This document shows positions 15,187-24,241 of a DNA stretch of 35,829 bases, one piece after another (the first letter of the stretch is position 1; every line of letters starts with the position of its first letter). Under the pieces are notes generated by a model that was not told the DNA's origin, made no database searches, and saw only the letters and a list, made by a program, of their open reading frames with translations. Location of the stretch: positions 1 to 35,829 of the IMG/VR virus record IMGVR_UViG_3300014202_000320, one strand, 5' to 3'. The DNA comes from a virus (lineage: Duplodnaviria > Caudoviricetes). The translations under genes were made by a program, and so were the position numbers.

Positions 15187-15562
15187 CGGTCCTCCCTTGG
15201 GATCGTCCGTAGCTCTGTCGGTTCATCCGTCCTAGCACAGCCGCAGCAGCGGCCCTAGGAGCGCTTGCCAGGGGTCGGCCGCTATGACCATGGCCCGACA
15301 GGGGGTCAGCGCCTTAGGCGGCGCTACAGCGGCTCTCGTGCCTGCGCACCTCGAGGATTCATCAGGAACAGAGCCGAAGAGCTCTCCCCTGAGGGACAGC
15401 AAACCCCCTGGTCGCTTGAGTGTGGAGCTTGGAAACAGGGTGCGCAGTCTGGTTCCGTGTTGCCGCAATCACTCTAGGGACTATCAGGGGGTTCTGTTAG
15501 TGGGTCATGTTCATCGACCCATCGACAAACTACCACCATGTTCTTTGAGCTGTCTAGGCCAT

Positions 15563-15598
15563 AAACGACAAAAGCCCCTGACCCGAAGGCCAGGGGGC
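15563..15598 (-). terminator. Intrinsic terminator of the late operon
   Basis: On - strand GCCCCCTGGCC-TTCG-GGTCAGGGGC then TTTTGTCGTTT. Confidence 0.8.
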
Positions 15599-15606
15599 AA
15601 GTCAGC

Positions 15607-15861
15607 TCAGTTGTTACCGTGCTTCTGGTTCGTCTGCGACGTGGGCTCTGATGGCCTGAAGCCAATTGCTATCAGCGCACCAGATAGGGCCGATGCCAGC
15701 GTCGTTGCGAGCATCGATAGTTCCGGCGGTATCGCCTTCTCTTGGATCGCTAGAAGGAAGATGCCTACCGTTATCACGTTCGTCAGGAAGACGAACCCTA
15801 GAAGAATGATCTTCCGTTCGCTCGATGTGGGTCGCTGCTGTATAGCCATCATGTCCGCCAT
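15607..15861 (-). CDS. 2-TM lysis-associated membrane protein (holin-like)
   Basis: Two clear hydrophobic helices; downstream of endolysin. Confidence 0.65.
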   Translation of the reverse strand: MADMMAIQQRPTSSERKIILLGFVFLTNVITVGIFLLAIQEKAIPPELSMLATTLASALSGALIAIGFRPSEPTSQTNQKHGNN

Positions 15862-15955
15862 GGTGGTGATGTCTCATACTGAGTGCTGCCAGCAGAGAGG
15901 TTGTTGATAGGGCTACAGCAGCGATCAACCCTAGGACAGTGCCAAGGTCCATCAC
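15614..15955 (-). CDS. N-terminal TM protein overlapping the holin-like gene
   Basis: GAAAGG RBS, TM helix then HHHH; C-terminal two-thirds overlap 15607-15861 in another frame. Confidence 0.45.
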   Translation of the reverse strand: MMDLGTVLGLIAAVALSTTSLLAALSMRHHHHGGHDGYTAATHIERTEDHSSRVRLPDERDNGRHLPSSDPREGDTAGTIDARNDAGIGPIWCADSNWLQAIRAHVADEPEAR

Positions 15956-15967
15956 TCAAGCCTTTCC

Positions 15968-16912
15968 CTAGATCACCTTTCTACGAAAGTAGTCCGGTGC
16001 GTTAGGGTCTTTGCCTTCCTCCCACTTGACAAGACCAAGAGGAATCCAGTCTATGGCTCGCCAAGGCTCAGGCGTAAGGCCACCAGTGTGCATGTCATGC
16101 GCTGCTTGACTGACCGAGTAGGAACCCTGTCCAATCTCGTCAAGCGCATCGTACAGCAACACCTTGCGACCGTTGCGCACAAGATAGAGCGTGAGGTTTC
16201 TGTCTTGCAGGACAAGCATTGAGTCTTCCTCCGTTGGACTGTAGGGGTAGGGAACCAGCGAGGTAGGAGCACCAGGTGTAGGGAGAGTCACAGGGGCAAG
16301 CGGGGGATTGACCCGAGCATCTAGTAGAGCCTCCGCTGCGTAGCCCACAACCGCCTTCAGGTTGAGTAGACCAGGGTCCCAACGGTCCCCGTTCTCAGGG
16401 ACATGCCTGTGCCCGCAGTTGCCGTTGAAGGTTGCCCAACGCTGCTGCGTGAACCGCTGCGGCGCATCCTCCCTAGAGCTGTTGGCGATGATGCCAGGCT
16501 CTGGCGTATCGGTAAGGTCGATGTCTCCGCCTGCCGCTCGAATCCATCGAATGACAGGGGCAAGCGTTTCCCTACCAAGCCAGCGCAGATCGTCAGCGCT
16601 AAGCGTTCCGATCGTCTCGCTAAAGCCATTCACCTCAATCTGAATGCATGGCATGTAGTTCGTCTCATAACCGCCAGGCTCATTCCATAAAGCTTTAGCG
16701 GCAAGGTGAAACGGAACACATTGGAGGTTGAGCCGGCGCAATGGGTCAGCGACGATATGGCTAGGGGATCGCCAGTTAGGGCACCAAAGCCTAGGGTCAC
16801 TGGCTATCTGCGTAGTGTGCCAAACGATGCGGAAGGGATAGCCGATGAGGTATTCACCTGATGGCCCTGATGCTGTTGATTGAAACGAGAATACGAATCC
16901 TGTAGTGCTCAC
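15968..16912 (-). CDS. Endolysin, N-acetylmuramoyl-L-alanine amidase (amidase_2-like)
   Basis: IVWHTT, SHIV, IQIEVNG, GHRHVP...WDPG zinc-amidase motifs; Pro-rich linker and C-terminal domain. Confidence 0.8.
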   Translation of the reverse strand: MSTTGFVFSFQSTASGPSGEYLIGYPFRIVWHTTQIASDPRLWCPNWRSPSHIVADPLRRLNLQCVPFHLAAKALWNEPGGYETNYMPCIQIEVNGFSETIGTLSADDLRWLGRETLAPVIRWIRAAGGDIDLTDTPEPGIIANSSREDAPQRFTQQRWATFNGNCGHRHVPENGDRWDPGLLNLKAVVGYAAEALLDARVNPPLAPVTLPTPGAPTSLVPYPYSPTEEDSMLVLQDRNLTLYLVRNGRKVLLYDALDEIGQGSYSVSQAAHDMHTGGLTPEPWRAIDWIPLGLVKWEEGKDPNAPDYFRRKVI

Positions 16913-16926
16913 TCCGTTGCCTCTCG

Positions 16927-17427
16927 TTAGGTGCTGTACCAGGTTCCGTCAAAGTTGAAATTACACGTCAATGTTGAACCTGAGTCTTGATACGCAACAT
17001 GTTCTAGATAGTCACCTGCTGCACAACTCACCAGCATTGCAATCGTTGAGTATGCAGCGTTATTGCTATCCTTTGGACTGTTGACATAGCGAAGCGTTGC
17101 ACCGTTCTTCCGAATCGCCTGATATCTAGACGTGCCTGTTGCATTGGCCGCAAAGTCGGCCCATCCAAATACCATGTACTTGCCTGCAACCGAAATGGTT
17201 ACCCGACTGTGATTCGAGCTAGTGCTGTGAAGTCCGCCGTTATCCCAACTCTCAGAGCTGTAGGGAATAGCGGTGTATGCAGCAGTGCCAATGCCGTGAC
17301 TAAGCGCTACTAGTTGCCAAGTGTGTTTACTGCTAGCGAGCCAGTCGATATTGTCCTTTACGTCAGTGTTGAGTTGTGCAGCCGTGAGGGTTGCACTAGT
17401 CCATGTCCTAGGAGTCGTATAGGCCAT
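16927..17427 (-). CDS. Minor tail / receptor-binding protein, C1q/TNF-like C-domain
   Basis: PRTWT...LTAAQLNTDVKDN anchor; TISVAGKYMV and AGDYLE beta-sandwich motifs. Confidence 0.75.
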   Translation of the reverse strand: MAYTTPRTWTSATLTAAQLNTDVKDNIDWLASSKHTWQLVALSHGIGTAAYTAIPYSSESWDNGGLHSTSSNHSRVTISVAGKYMVFGWADFAANATGTSRYQAIRKNGATLRYVNSPKDSNNAAYSTIAMLVSCAAGDYLEHVAYQDSGSTLTCNFNFDGTWYST

Positions 17428-19257
17428 CTAGTGTCCGATCACTGTTGCGCCACCTAGCGCATCGGTTCCAAGGATGAAGAACGACGTAGAGAACACTGGG
17501 GAAAGCGTCAGCGTTGTGAACCAGGTAAGGTCCGTCAAGTTGATGCTGTGAGCAATCGATTCGATGTAGCAGGTATACGTAACGTCAGTGCCCACGTTGT
17601 TGGGCTTGTGCTTGACGACTACCCTGTCTCCAATTTGATGACCAATGACAGCAGCCATTTCACTTGAGCCGGCACGAGCGTTGACAACCAACGAACTGAT
17701 ACGTGGTGTAAGGTCTTTGTATCTGGCGAGCAGTAGTTGCCCGAGGCCGACCGCATCGTTGTTGCTAGCCAGCTCTAGGCCGGTCAGGTCATAGGCGCCT
17801 ATCTGATAGTATGCTGCTATGCTCGTCGCATCTTGAGCAAGGTTTACGATGTCACTACCAACGATAGAAGTTCTGATCGAGTTGAACAGGTAGACATCAT
17901 CAGGCGTAGGCGTAGCTCCTACGTAGCGCAGGTCTGATCCACTGTGACCGTAGGTGGCCTGAGTGTTCAGGCTTCTCGTGTCTTCGTTGAAGTCATAGCG
18001 AGACTTGAACGTGACCGTTCCGTCAGCCTTAACGTAGAACTTGCCAAACTCAGCCTTGGTGTAGGTCTTGATCAGGTCGAGCAGGTTGCCGGATACCTCA
18101 GCGATGGGAGACACGATGCAGTCTCCGGTATCAATGCTGCGGTCACCGCTCTTCCATCCAGCAGCGTCAAGCAGTCGGGTGATGCGTGCTCCGCTGGTAT
18201 CGCCAGGCCAACCCTTGCCAGCGTTGTAGTTGTTCAAGACTTGAGCAGCAGTCAGCACAGAGGAATAGATAGCCACCTCTTTAATGTCTGCCCATAGGGC
18301 TATCCAGCTAGAACCAACGGTGAACTTCGGACCCATGGTGAATCCGTTACGTCCGCCTGTCTGTGTGAACAGCTTTTGCGCCCAAGCGCCTGAACCCTCT
18401 TCGACTCCATCAACGTAAATCTTTGCAGTCGTTGAGTTGCTGGTTACGACAATGTGATGCCATAGACCATCATTCAATGCTCTACCAGGTGCAGACACAG
18501 TGCCACCGTTGACAGTGACGTACGGTGCAACCTGAATGGTTGAGCTGATGGCACCTATCTCGCACACCAAATCCATAGCGGCATTAACAGGTGCCTGCCA
18601 CCTGAACCAGCATTCAAACGATTGGTCGTTAGGAGCGGTACCGTTGAAGCTGTTTGCCCATACCATTGAGCCGCTGAGCATGCGGACGAAGTCTCTAGAG
18701 GTAGTGTCCAGCGTTGCAGACTCTTCGTCAGCAAGCCGCTTGTAGCTGCCAGCTAGGGCAGCATTGATCCCTGACACGCTTTCCATGCAAAGCGCAGTGT
18801 TCGGACCATCGTTGCAACGGTGATACGTCTCAAGACTTGAGTATCCCTGCACCGTAAAGGCGTAGGGACTACCGGCAATATCCATGCCTGCCATGAGCGT
18901 GAGATCATCAAAGGCAGTAACGGTAGTGATGATGTCCTTACGCTCAAGGTCGTAAGCAGTAGACCAGCTCTGCACATAGCCAGTGAAGAGCACCGTTGCG
19001 CCACTGCGCACCCTGATGCGCTTACGTGGCTTGATGTTCGGACTGTACGTGCCAGACGAGTTGGACGAATCAAAGTCTCTCGATCGATCCTGTAGCTGTA
19101 GCGTCAGGGAGCCACTAGCAAACTCGTCGTTCTCAGCAGTGCGACCGATGTAGGTTTCGATGCCACCGATCACACTGCTAGTGATGTCCACCCAACTAGG
19201 CGAGTCGAGTGGATTGGTAGTCGGACTGAATTCGACAGTCACCAAAGGATAAGCCAT
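17428..19257 (-). CDS. Tail-tip/hub protein with inserted LamG/ConA-like domain
   Basis: WVDIT, LFTGYV hub motifs; SFECWF...LNDGLWHHIVVT...IYVDG...IKEVAIY LamG pattern. Confidence 0.8.
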   Translation of the reverse strand: MAYPLVTVEFSPTTNPLDSPSWVDITSSVIGGIETYIGRTAENDEFASGSLTLQLQDRSRDFDSSNSSGTYSPNIKPRKRIRVRSGATVLFTGYVQSWSTAYDLERKDIITTVTAFDDLTLMAGMDIAGSPYAFTVQGYSSLETYHRCNDGPNTALCMESVSGINAALAGSYKRLADEESATLDTTSRDFVRMLSGSMVWANSFNGTAPNDQSFECWFRWQAPVNAAMDLVCEIGAISSTIQVAPYVTVNGGTVSAPGRALNDGLWHHIVVTSNSTTAKIYVDGVEEGSGAWAQKLFTQTGGRNGFTMGPKFTVGSSWIALWADIKEVAIYSSVLTAAQVLNNYNAGKGWPGDTSGARITRLLDAAGWKSGDRSIDTGDCIVSPIAEVSGNLLDLIKTYTKAEFGKFYVKADGTVTFKSRYDFNEDTRSLNTQATYGHSGSDLRYVGATPTPDDVYLFNSIRTSIVGSDIVNLAQDATSIAAYYQIGAYDLTGLELASNNDAVGLGQLLLARYKDLTPRISSLVVNARAGSSEMAAVIGHQIGDRVVVKHKPNNVGTDVTYTCYIESIAHSINLTDLTWFTTLTLSPVFSTSFFILGTDALGGATVIGH

Positions 19258-21536
19258 TAGGCCACTCGCTTGACAGTAAAGGGAAGAGCACCGTTCCTAC
19301 GCTGATGAGCAATCAGTGCCTGAACGATCTGATCAGCGTTGACATTGGAACCAGTGTGAATGTGCACCTCACGAGCGATGGGACCGACGTTTGTGCCACC
19401 ACCATTGCTGATGTTCGTTACGCTGGCGAGCATCGGGGTAGGTGAAATCTTGTCGACCATCCTGCTCGACGCAGCCTCAACGCCTGGCGTACCCTGTGCG
19501 ATGCCTTCGGCCAGACCCTGAGCAGTGAACCGGCCAAGCTCCATGGTTACTCGTGAGGGAGAGAAGATGCCCAACACATCACGAATAGGACCAGGGATAT
19601 TCTCAGCCACCATGGCAGACACTTCGCTAGACAGCCTGCCGGCCATAGACCAAATCCCATTGATCAGACCATTAATAATCTCTTGGCCTGTATCGAAGAG
19701 AAACGTACCAGCGCCAACGATTCCGTCAGCCATCCAGTTGAGGACGTTCTTACCGAAGCCGATCAGTGCAGGCATGGCTTCCGTTGCAGCCCATACGCCG
19801 AACGTGATGGTCCAGTTCATCAGCTTGCCAGGCAACTCCCTGACAGCTTCAGCGATCCACTCAACTAGCTTAATCTGAAACTTGGCAGTCTCGATCAAGA
19901 TGGCAGGGATAGCAGTACCGGTAGCCCATTCGGTAAACGCACCGATCCAGCCTGGCAGCTCGTTCTTCAGGTACGTAATGCCATCGAGGATCCAGTTGCC
20001 AAGCAGCTTGGCGAATTCCAACACCTGCTCGCCCAACCACGGAAGAGCAGTGCCACCGATCCACTCACCAAGAGCAACGATCCAGCCAGGCAGATTCTCA
20101 GCGAGATAGGTAACGGCTGCACCGATCCAGCCACCCAACAGCTTGGCAAGCTCTAGGCTCTTCTCGCCAAGCCAAGGGATAGCAACGTTGTCCAGCCATT
20201 CCTTAAGGATACCAAACCAAATAGGAATATTCTCCTGAAGGTATGGAATGGCAGTGTCAACTACCCATGAACCAAACAGCTTGCCAAGCCTGAGCAGTGC
20301 GCTGCTAATGGCAGGATAGACCGTGCCATAGATGAAGACTTCAAGCTTGACGAATGCCTCACCCAACTTACTGAACACTTCGCCGGCTGCACCCTCAAGG
20401 CCACTGGTCTTGAAGATGTCAGCGACCTTGGTGACCCAGCCACCAAACTTCTCTAGGGCAGGGATCACGTAGCGAACAACTAGGTCGGCAAGTTCACCAA
20501 GTGCCTTGCGCTTGAAGCTCTCAAACTTGACCGACAGGTTGTCATTCAGGATGGTGCCTGTCTTGACCGCTGCACCCTCGATGTCCCCTAGGCCCTTCGC
20601 AGCGCTGTCGAGATCGAGAGCGTAGAGCGCATCGCCCAAGTCCTCAGCCTGCGTCCCGAACAGCCCTACAGCGACCTGTGCTCGAAGCGCCGGATCCTCC
20701 ATGGCCTTGAGCCTGTCCATCACATCGTCCAGCCCTGCACGAGCCTCAGGGCCGCCCTTGGCAAACGTGGCTGTCATCGCCTCAGCGTCCAGCCCTAGGG
20801 CCTTGAACGACTCAGCGGTCAGCGTGCTTCCGTCGATGGCCCTGATGCTGAATTCCTTGAAGGCATCAGCAACCTTATCGCCATCTCTAGCGCCTGCATT
20901 CAGACCCTGAACCAGAAGACCAGTAGCGTCAGCACCATCGATGCCAAGCTTCTTGAACTGCACCGAATACTCGTTAAGAGTATCCATGAAGTCTTCCGAC
21001 TTGTCGGCTCCCTGTTGGAAACCTCTGGTCATAATGTCCATGGCTGCATCAACGTCAGGCGCCAAGCCGTTGCGCACCAGGTTGCCAGCTCCACGAACGA
21101 CGCTGTTGAAATCCTGGTCAAAGGCAGTAGCCATGTCCATGATCTTTGACGTGACGTTTTCAATGTCTGCCGTAGTCGCTTCGTCAGCGCTGAGCAGTCC
21201 ACCCTGAAAGGCGCTAGCGATTACGTCGTTAACGTCAGAGATCGATTCGCCGTAGGCATTCTTATAGAGGTTGCCAGCAGCAGTGCCTAGCTCTTTCTGC
21301 ATTTCAGGGTTGAATACGCCCATCTTTGCAGCAAGCTTATCGTTGGCTGCTTCGTTGTCCATGGCAGTCATGACGCCAGAAACAAGAGCAGCACCAACGG
21401 CAGCACCAACGCCTAGGGCTGCACCCTTGAGAGCACCGGCCCAATTCTTGACCTTGGACTCTGACTCCTTGCCGCCCTTGTCTACCGCTGAATCATCCCA
21501 TCCAACCTTAACAAGTAGCTCAGCCGCAGTGGTCAT
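19257..21536 (-). CDS. Tape measure protein
   Basis: 759 aa Ala/Gly-rich helical; DFMDTLNEYS, ADAFKEF, LFGTQAEDLG, Trp-periodic repeats, GIFSPSRV. Confidence 0.93.
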   Translation of the reverse strand: MTTAAELLVKVGWDDSAVDKGGKESESKVKNWAGALKGAALGVGAAVGAALVSGVMTAMDNEAANDKLAAKMGVFNPEMQKELGTAAGNLYKNAYGESISDVNDVIASAFQGGLLSADEATTADIENVTSKIMDMATAFDQDFNSVVRGAGNLVRNGLAPDVDAAMDIMTRGFQQGADKSEDFMDTLNEYSVQFKKLGIDGADATGLLVQGLNAGARDGDKVADAFKEFSIRAIDGSTLTAESFKALGLDAEAMTATFAKGGPEARAGLDDVMDRLKAMEDPALRAQVAVGLFGTQAEDLGDALYALDLDSAAKGLGDIEGAAVKTGTILNDNLSVKFESFKRKALGELADLVVRYVIPALEKFGGWVTKVADIFKTSGLEGAAGEVFSKLGEAFVKLEVFIYGTVYPAISSALLRLGKLFGSWVVDTAIPYLQENIPIWFGILKEWLDNVAIPWLGEKSLELAKLLGGWIGAAVTYLAENLPGWIVALGEWIGGTALPWLGEQVLEFAKLLGNWILDGITYLKNELPGWIGAFTEWATGTAIPAILIETAKFQIKLVEWIAEAVRELPGKLMNWTITFGVWAATEAMPALIGFGKNVLNWMADGIVGAGTFLFDTGQEIINGLINGIWSMAGRLSSEVSAMVAENIPGPIRDVLGIFSPSRVTMELGRFTAQGLAEGIAQGTPGVEAASSRMVDKISPTPMLASVTNISNGGGTNVGPIAREVHIHTGSNVNADQIVQALIAHQRRNGALPFTVKRVA

Positions 21537-21721
21537 CGGTTTCTCATTTCTGCTACGTGAGCCTCAACGTTCGTGATTGCTGCTGCGACACCATTCCAAA
21601 AGCTTGGCTTGGCCATGATGTCTTCAGGATGACAGTTGTAGAAGCGAGCAGCCTGTGCCACTGACCACCACCAAGGGGGCCGGTAGTCTTCGTGAGGACA
21701 CCAGTTGCCATCTGTTGCCAT
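21533..21721 (-). CDS. Tail assembly chaperone, frameshifted C-terminal part (gpT-like)
   Basis: Open in the -1 frame from the GGGAAAC slippery site. Confidence 0.75.
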   Translation of the reverse strand: MATDGNWCPHEDYRPPWWWSVAQAARFYNCHPEDIMAKPSFWNGVAAAITNVEAHVAEMRNR

Positions 21722-21753
21722 ATAGCGACGAAGGTTCCTGATGTCCTCTTCTG

Positions 21754-22071
21754 TTAGTTTCCCTGTTCGGCAACCTTGTCGGACGACTCAGTAAGAATCT
21801 GCCGAAGCAGGTTGCCAGGGAAGTTGGTGGTGATCACCTCAGGATCAAGCGGCACCATCACATCATCGTCATCAGTGATGTCCCAAGCCTGCACGTACTC
21901 ACAGAAGAACCGGATGACTTCGGCAACCCCTTCTCTACCAGTGGCTTCCCTCAGGGCAAGCTCACGCTCAGGGGTCATAAGGTTAGGGCGGACGGTAAGG
22001 GTTACAGGTGTACCGTCAAGATCAATGGTGACCGTAACGGTTCGGTTCGTCCAACTGGAAAGCTTCGCCAT
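21754..22071 (-). CDS. Tail assembly chaperone (gpG-like)
   Basis: Between tail tube and tape measure; WDITDDD motif; ends in slippery site. Confidence 0.85.
   Translation of the reverse strand: MAKLSSWTNRTVTVTIDLDGTPVTLTVRPNLMTPERELALREATGREGVAEVIRFFCEYVQAWDITDDDDVMVPLDPEVITTNFPGNLLRQILTESSDKVAEQGN
21757..21763 (-). other. -1 ribosomal frameshift heptamer G GGA AAC
   Basis: CAG GGA AAC TAA at end of chaperone; -1 frame reads GKLTEEDIRNLRRYMATDG... Confidence 0.85.
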
Positions 22072-22107
22072 TTCAATTACTCCGTTGATAGTTTGTATCG
22101 AGAACGC

Positions 22108-23097
22108 TTAGAGCGCAGACACCTTGTTGGTAAGCACAGCCTCAGTGGCCTTGCCGTAAGTGCTGTCATGAACCAGCTTGAACGTCAGGTCAATTGCATA
22201 GACCCCATCCTGATCGCCAAGCTCTTTAGGAGTCTCAGCAACGACGCAAGCGAAATCCCAAAGCAGTGAATAGGGTTCGGTGGCAGCACCGGCAAGCTGA
22301 GTGCTGGTCGCATCCATGCGAAGAAACGTCTTGGTGTTGTTTCGCATGTTGGTAATGAAGGCCATGCCAGCGGAGTCAGCCTCAAGCTTGAGCTTGACCA
22401 TTGCGTTGGGAGCAGTCTCAACAGGCGTAGCCCAAGAGCTGTTAGCAGAGTCAACAACCCAAAGAGGCGAGCGAGCATTGCCGTAGGTAATCTCCCATGA
22501 CAGGACTCGGGTCAGCTTGGTAGTGCCCAACCCTGCCGAAGCAGTGTCTGCATACCAGGACACTTCACCAGGGAGCATGACAACCTGTGTGCCTACCGTT
22601 GTAGGCGTAGCAGTCATGGTAATACCGTCTTGGAACTGTCGACCCAAGAAGGCGCCTGAAACCTCAACCTTGGAACGGTCACCTTTCAGTGACATTTCAG
22701 AGCAGAAGTTGTAGACGTTCTTATGAGCACGAACGCTAGAACCCTGCTCAATGGTGTAGGTCTTGATGGTGTCCTCTGCGCTACTGCTCGGTGAGAAGGT
22801 CCAAGCCTTGCCGTCAGTATCAACCGTGGCAGGCGTAGCGTTCTCGATCAGCGACGCATAGATGTAAGCAAGCTCATCGTAGGTAGGCGTACCGCTGAAC
22901 TTCCAGCCGCCCCACTCTTGACCCAAGGCACTGCCAGTGGGAAAGCGCATGCCACCACTGGTAATGTCTGTCATGTTGCCATCAATGCTGACCTTGAAGG
23001 CCAGCGACGGAAGGAACTTGCTAGCGGCAACACCAGTGCCAGCAGTGGACTCAGCGCCAATCTGAGTGGTCTGAAGAATGGATGCACGTTCAACCAT
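22108..23097 (-). CDS. Major tail tube protein
   Basis: 329 aa Thr/Ser-rich beta protein, GAESTAGT and YTIEQG motifs; synteny. Confidence 0.85.
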   Translation of the reverse strand: MVERASILQTTQIGAESTAGTGVAASKFLPSLAFKVSIDGNMTDITSGGMRFPTGSALGQEWGGWKFSGTPTYDELAYIYASLIENATPATVDTDGKAWTFSPSSSAEDTIKTYTIEQGSSVRAHKNVYNFCSEMSLKGDRSKVEVSGAFLGRQFQDGITMTATPTTVGTQVVMLPGEVSWYADTASAGLGTTKLTRVLSWEITYGNARSPLWVVDSANSSWATPVETAPNAMVKLKLEADSAGMAFITNMRNNTKTFLRMDATSTQLAGAATEPYSLLWDFACVVAETPKELGDQDGVYAIDLTFKLVHDSTYGKATEAVLTNKVSAL

Positions 23098-23103
23098 TGG
23101 GCG

Positions 23104-23529
23104 TTAACCTTTCTGAACAATCAGACGATACATTCCGCCCAAGTGGCGGTATTGCTTTCCGTTCTCTACATCGACCAGCCTGAAAGTTTCTTCTCTGGTG
23201 CAGGTGTAGATTGTTGCTCCGTCAGCAGTGCCATTCGCATTCTGTAGGACAGTGTCCATGCGATCGGCAATGGTCTTGGCAGTGGCATAGCTCGTGTCTT
23301 CAACCGTTGCCCTGACAAGCCAAAGCTGATTGCTGAAGATTCGATTGAGTGAGTCACCGGTTACAGTGTCCACGTCTGATTGAAGATTGAACACCACCAT
23401 AGGGTGAGCTGAAGACTCAGGGGCAGGCTGTTCGTAGACGCCTTCAATCAAGGCCATAAGGGTGGCATCGCCAGTGAGCGTGTCATACAGCCATTCAGCT
23501 GCATAGCTCGATTCAATAGCCAAGGTCAT
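23104..23529 (-). CDS. Tail terminator/completion protein (DUF3168-like)
   Basis: LYDTLTGDATL...VYEQPAP...P pattern; synteny. Confidence 0.8.
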   Translation of the reverse strand: MTLAIESSYAAEWLYDTLTGDATLMALIEGVYEQPAPESSAHPMVVFNLQSDVDTVTGDSLNRIFSNQLWLVRATVEDTSYATAKTIADRMDTVLQNANGTADGATIYTCTREETFRLVDVENGKQYRHLGGMYRLIVQKG

Positions 23530-23879
23530 CCCCTCAACTTTGATTCAAGATCGGCAACAGCCTTCATGAACTTTGGTCGCTCAGCTTCAGCGGCAGGGGT
23601 CATCGCTGGCTTGGCTGCTCGAAACTGAGTGCCATACTCATCGAAGATCCCGGTGAACTTGCGACGATTGCCAGCAACCACTTCGCCAAGTAGTCGACCG
23701 TCCTTCGTGCTGTATCGCTTCTTGAGTGGAATGCGTCTACGGTTAGGCCAACGCTGTCTAACGTCAGCCTCGATGCGATCCACCGAATCGACTACCGCAT
23801 TAGCGCCTACGGCTTTGACCTGCTCAGCGAGTGAGCGAAGATTGTTGAAGACGATTACTACGTCGTCATTGGTGCTCAC
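23526..23879 (-). CDS. HK97 gp10-like neck/tail-completion protein
   Basis: EYGT...AKPAMTPA motif; GTG 23879 coupled to upstream stop. Confidence 0.8.
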   Translation of the reverse strand: MSTNDDVVIVFNNLRSLAEQVKAVGANAVVDSVDRIEADVRQRWPNRRRIPLKKRYSTKDGRLLGEVVAGNRRKFTGIFDEYGTQFRAAKPAMTPAAEAERPKFMKAVADLESKLRG

Positions 23880-24241
23880 GTCAGCAAAGCCAACTGTGCA
23901 CGCTTGACCAACTGCCAAGACCTATCAGCAGCGATGTCCTCTACCTCGTAGGTCTTGCCGTCGTACTCAATGCGATCGAGCTTCGTGAGGTCCTGGTCCC
24001 ATGCAACCGTCAGGGTCCAACGCTCAACCGCCGTAACCCTCGCTGCACGCTCTAGCTCCGTGTTTGAGGCCAGGCCGCTAGGAGCCATGCGGCAGGGGAC
24101 GGAAGCGGCTGAGACGGCCCATACGGAGGACTCAGAGCCCATGCCGTCAGGGGTCCGGGTTGCCGTGATGATCGAGCAGGTGTCGGGGAGGTAGTCGCTC
24201 GTCATGGCTCGCATGTCCGCAAGTTGAGCGGCAGTCAGCAC
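23876..24241 (-). CDS. Head closure / head-tail adaptor
   Basis: PDGMG, VPCR, DRIEYDGKTYEV motifs. Confidence 0.8.
   Translation of the reverse strand: MLTAAQLADMRAMTSDYLPDTCSIITATRTPDGMGSESSVWAVSAASVPCRMAPSGLASNTELERAARVTAVERWTLTVAWDQDLTKLDRIEYDGKTYEVEDIAADRSWQLVKRAQLALLT

Noticed and set aside
14695-15907. Long + strand ORFs 14695-15258 and 15284-15907, and - strand ORF 15232-15468
   Set aside because: They cross terminators or overlap better-supported genes and lack convincing RBS or protein-like composition.
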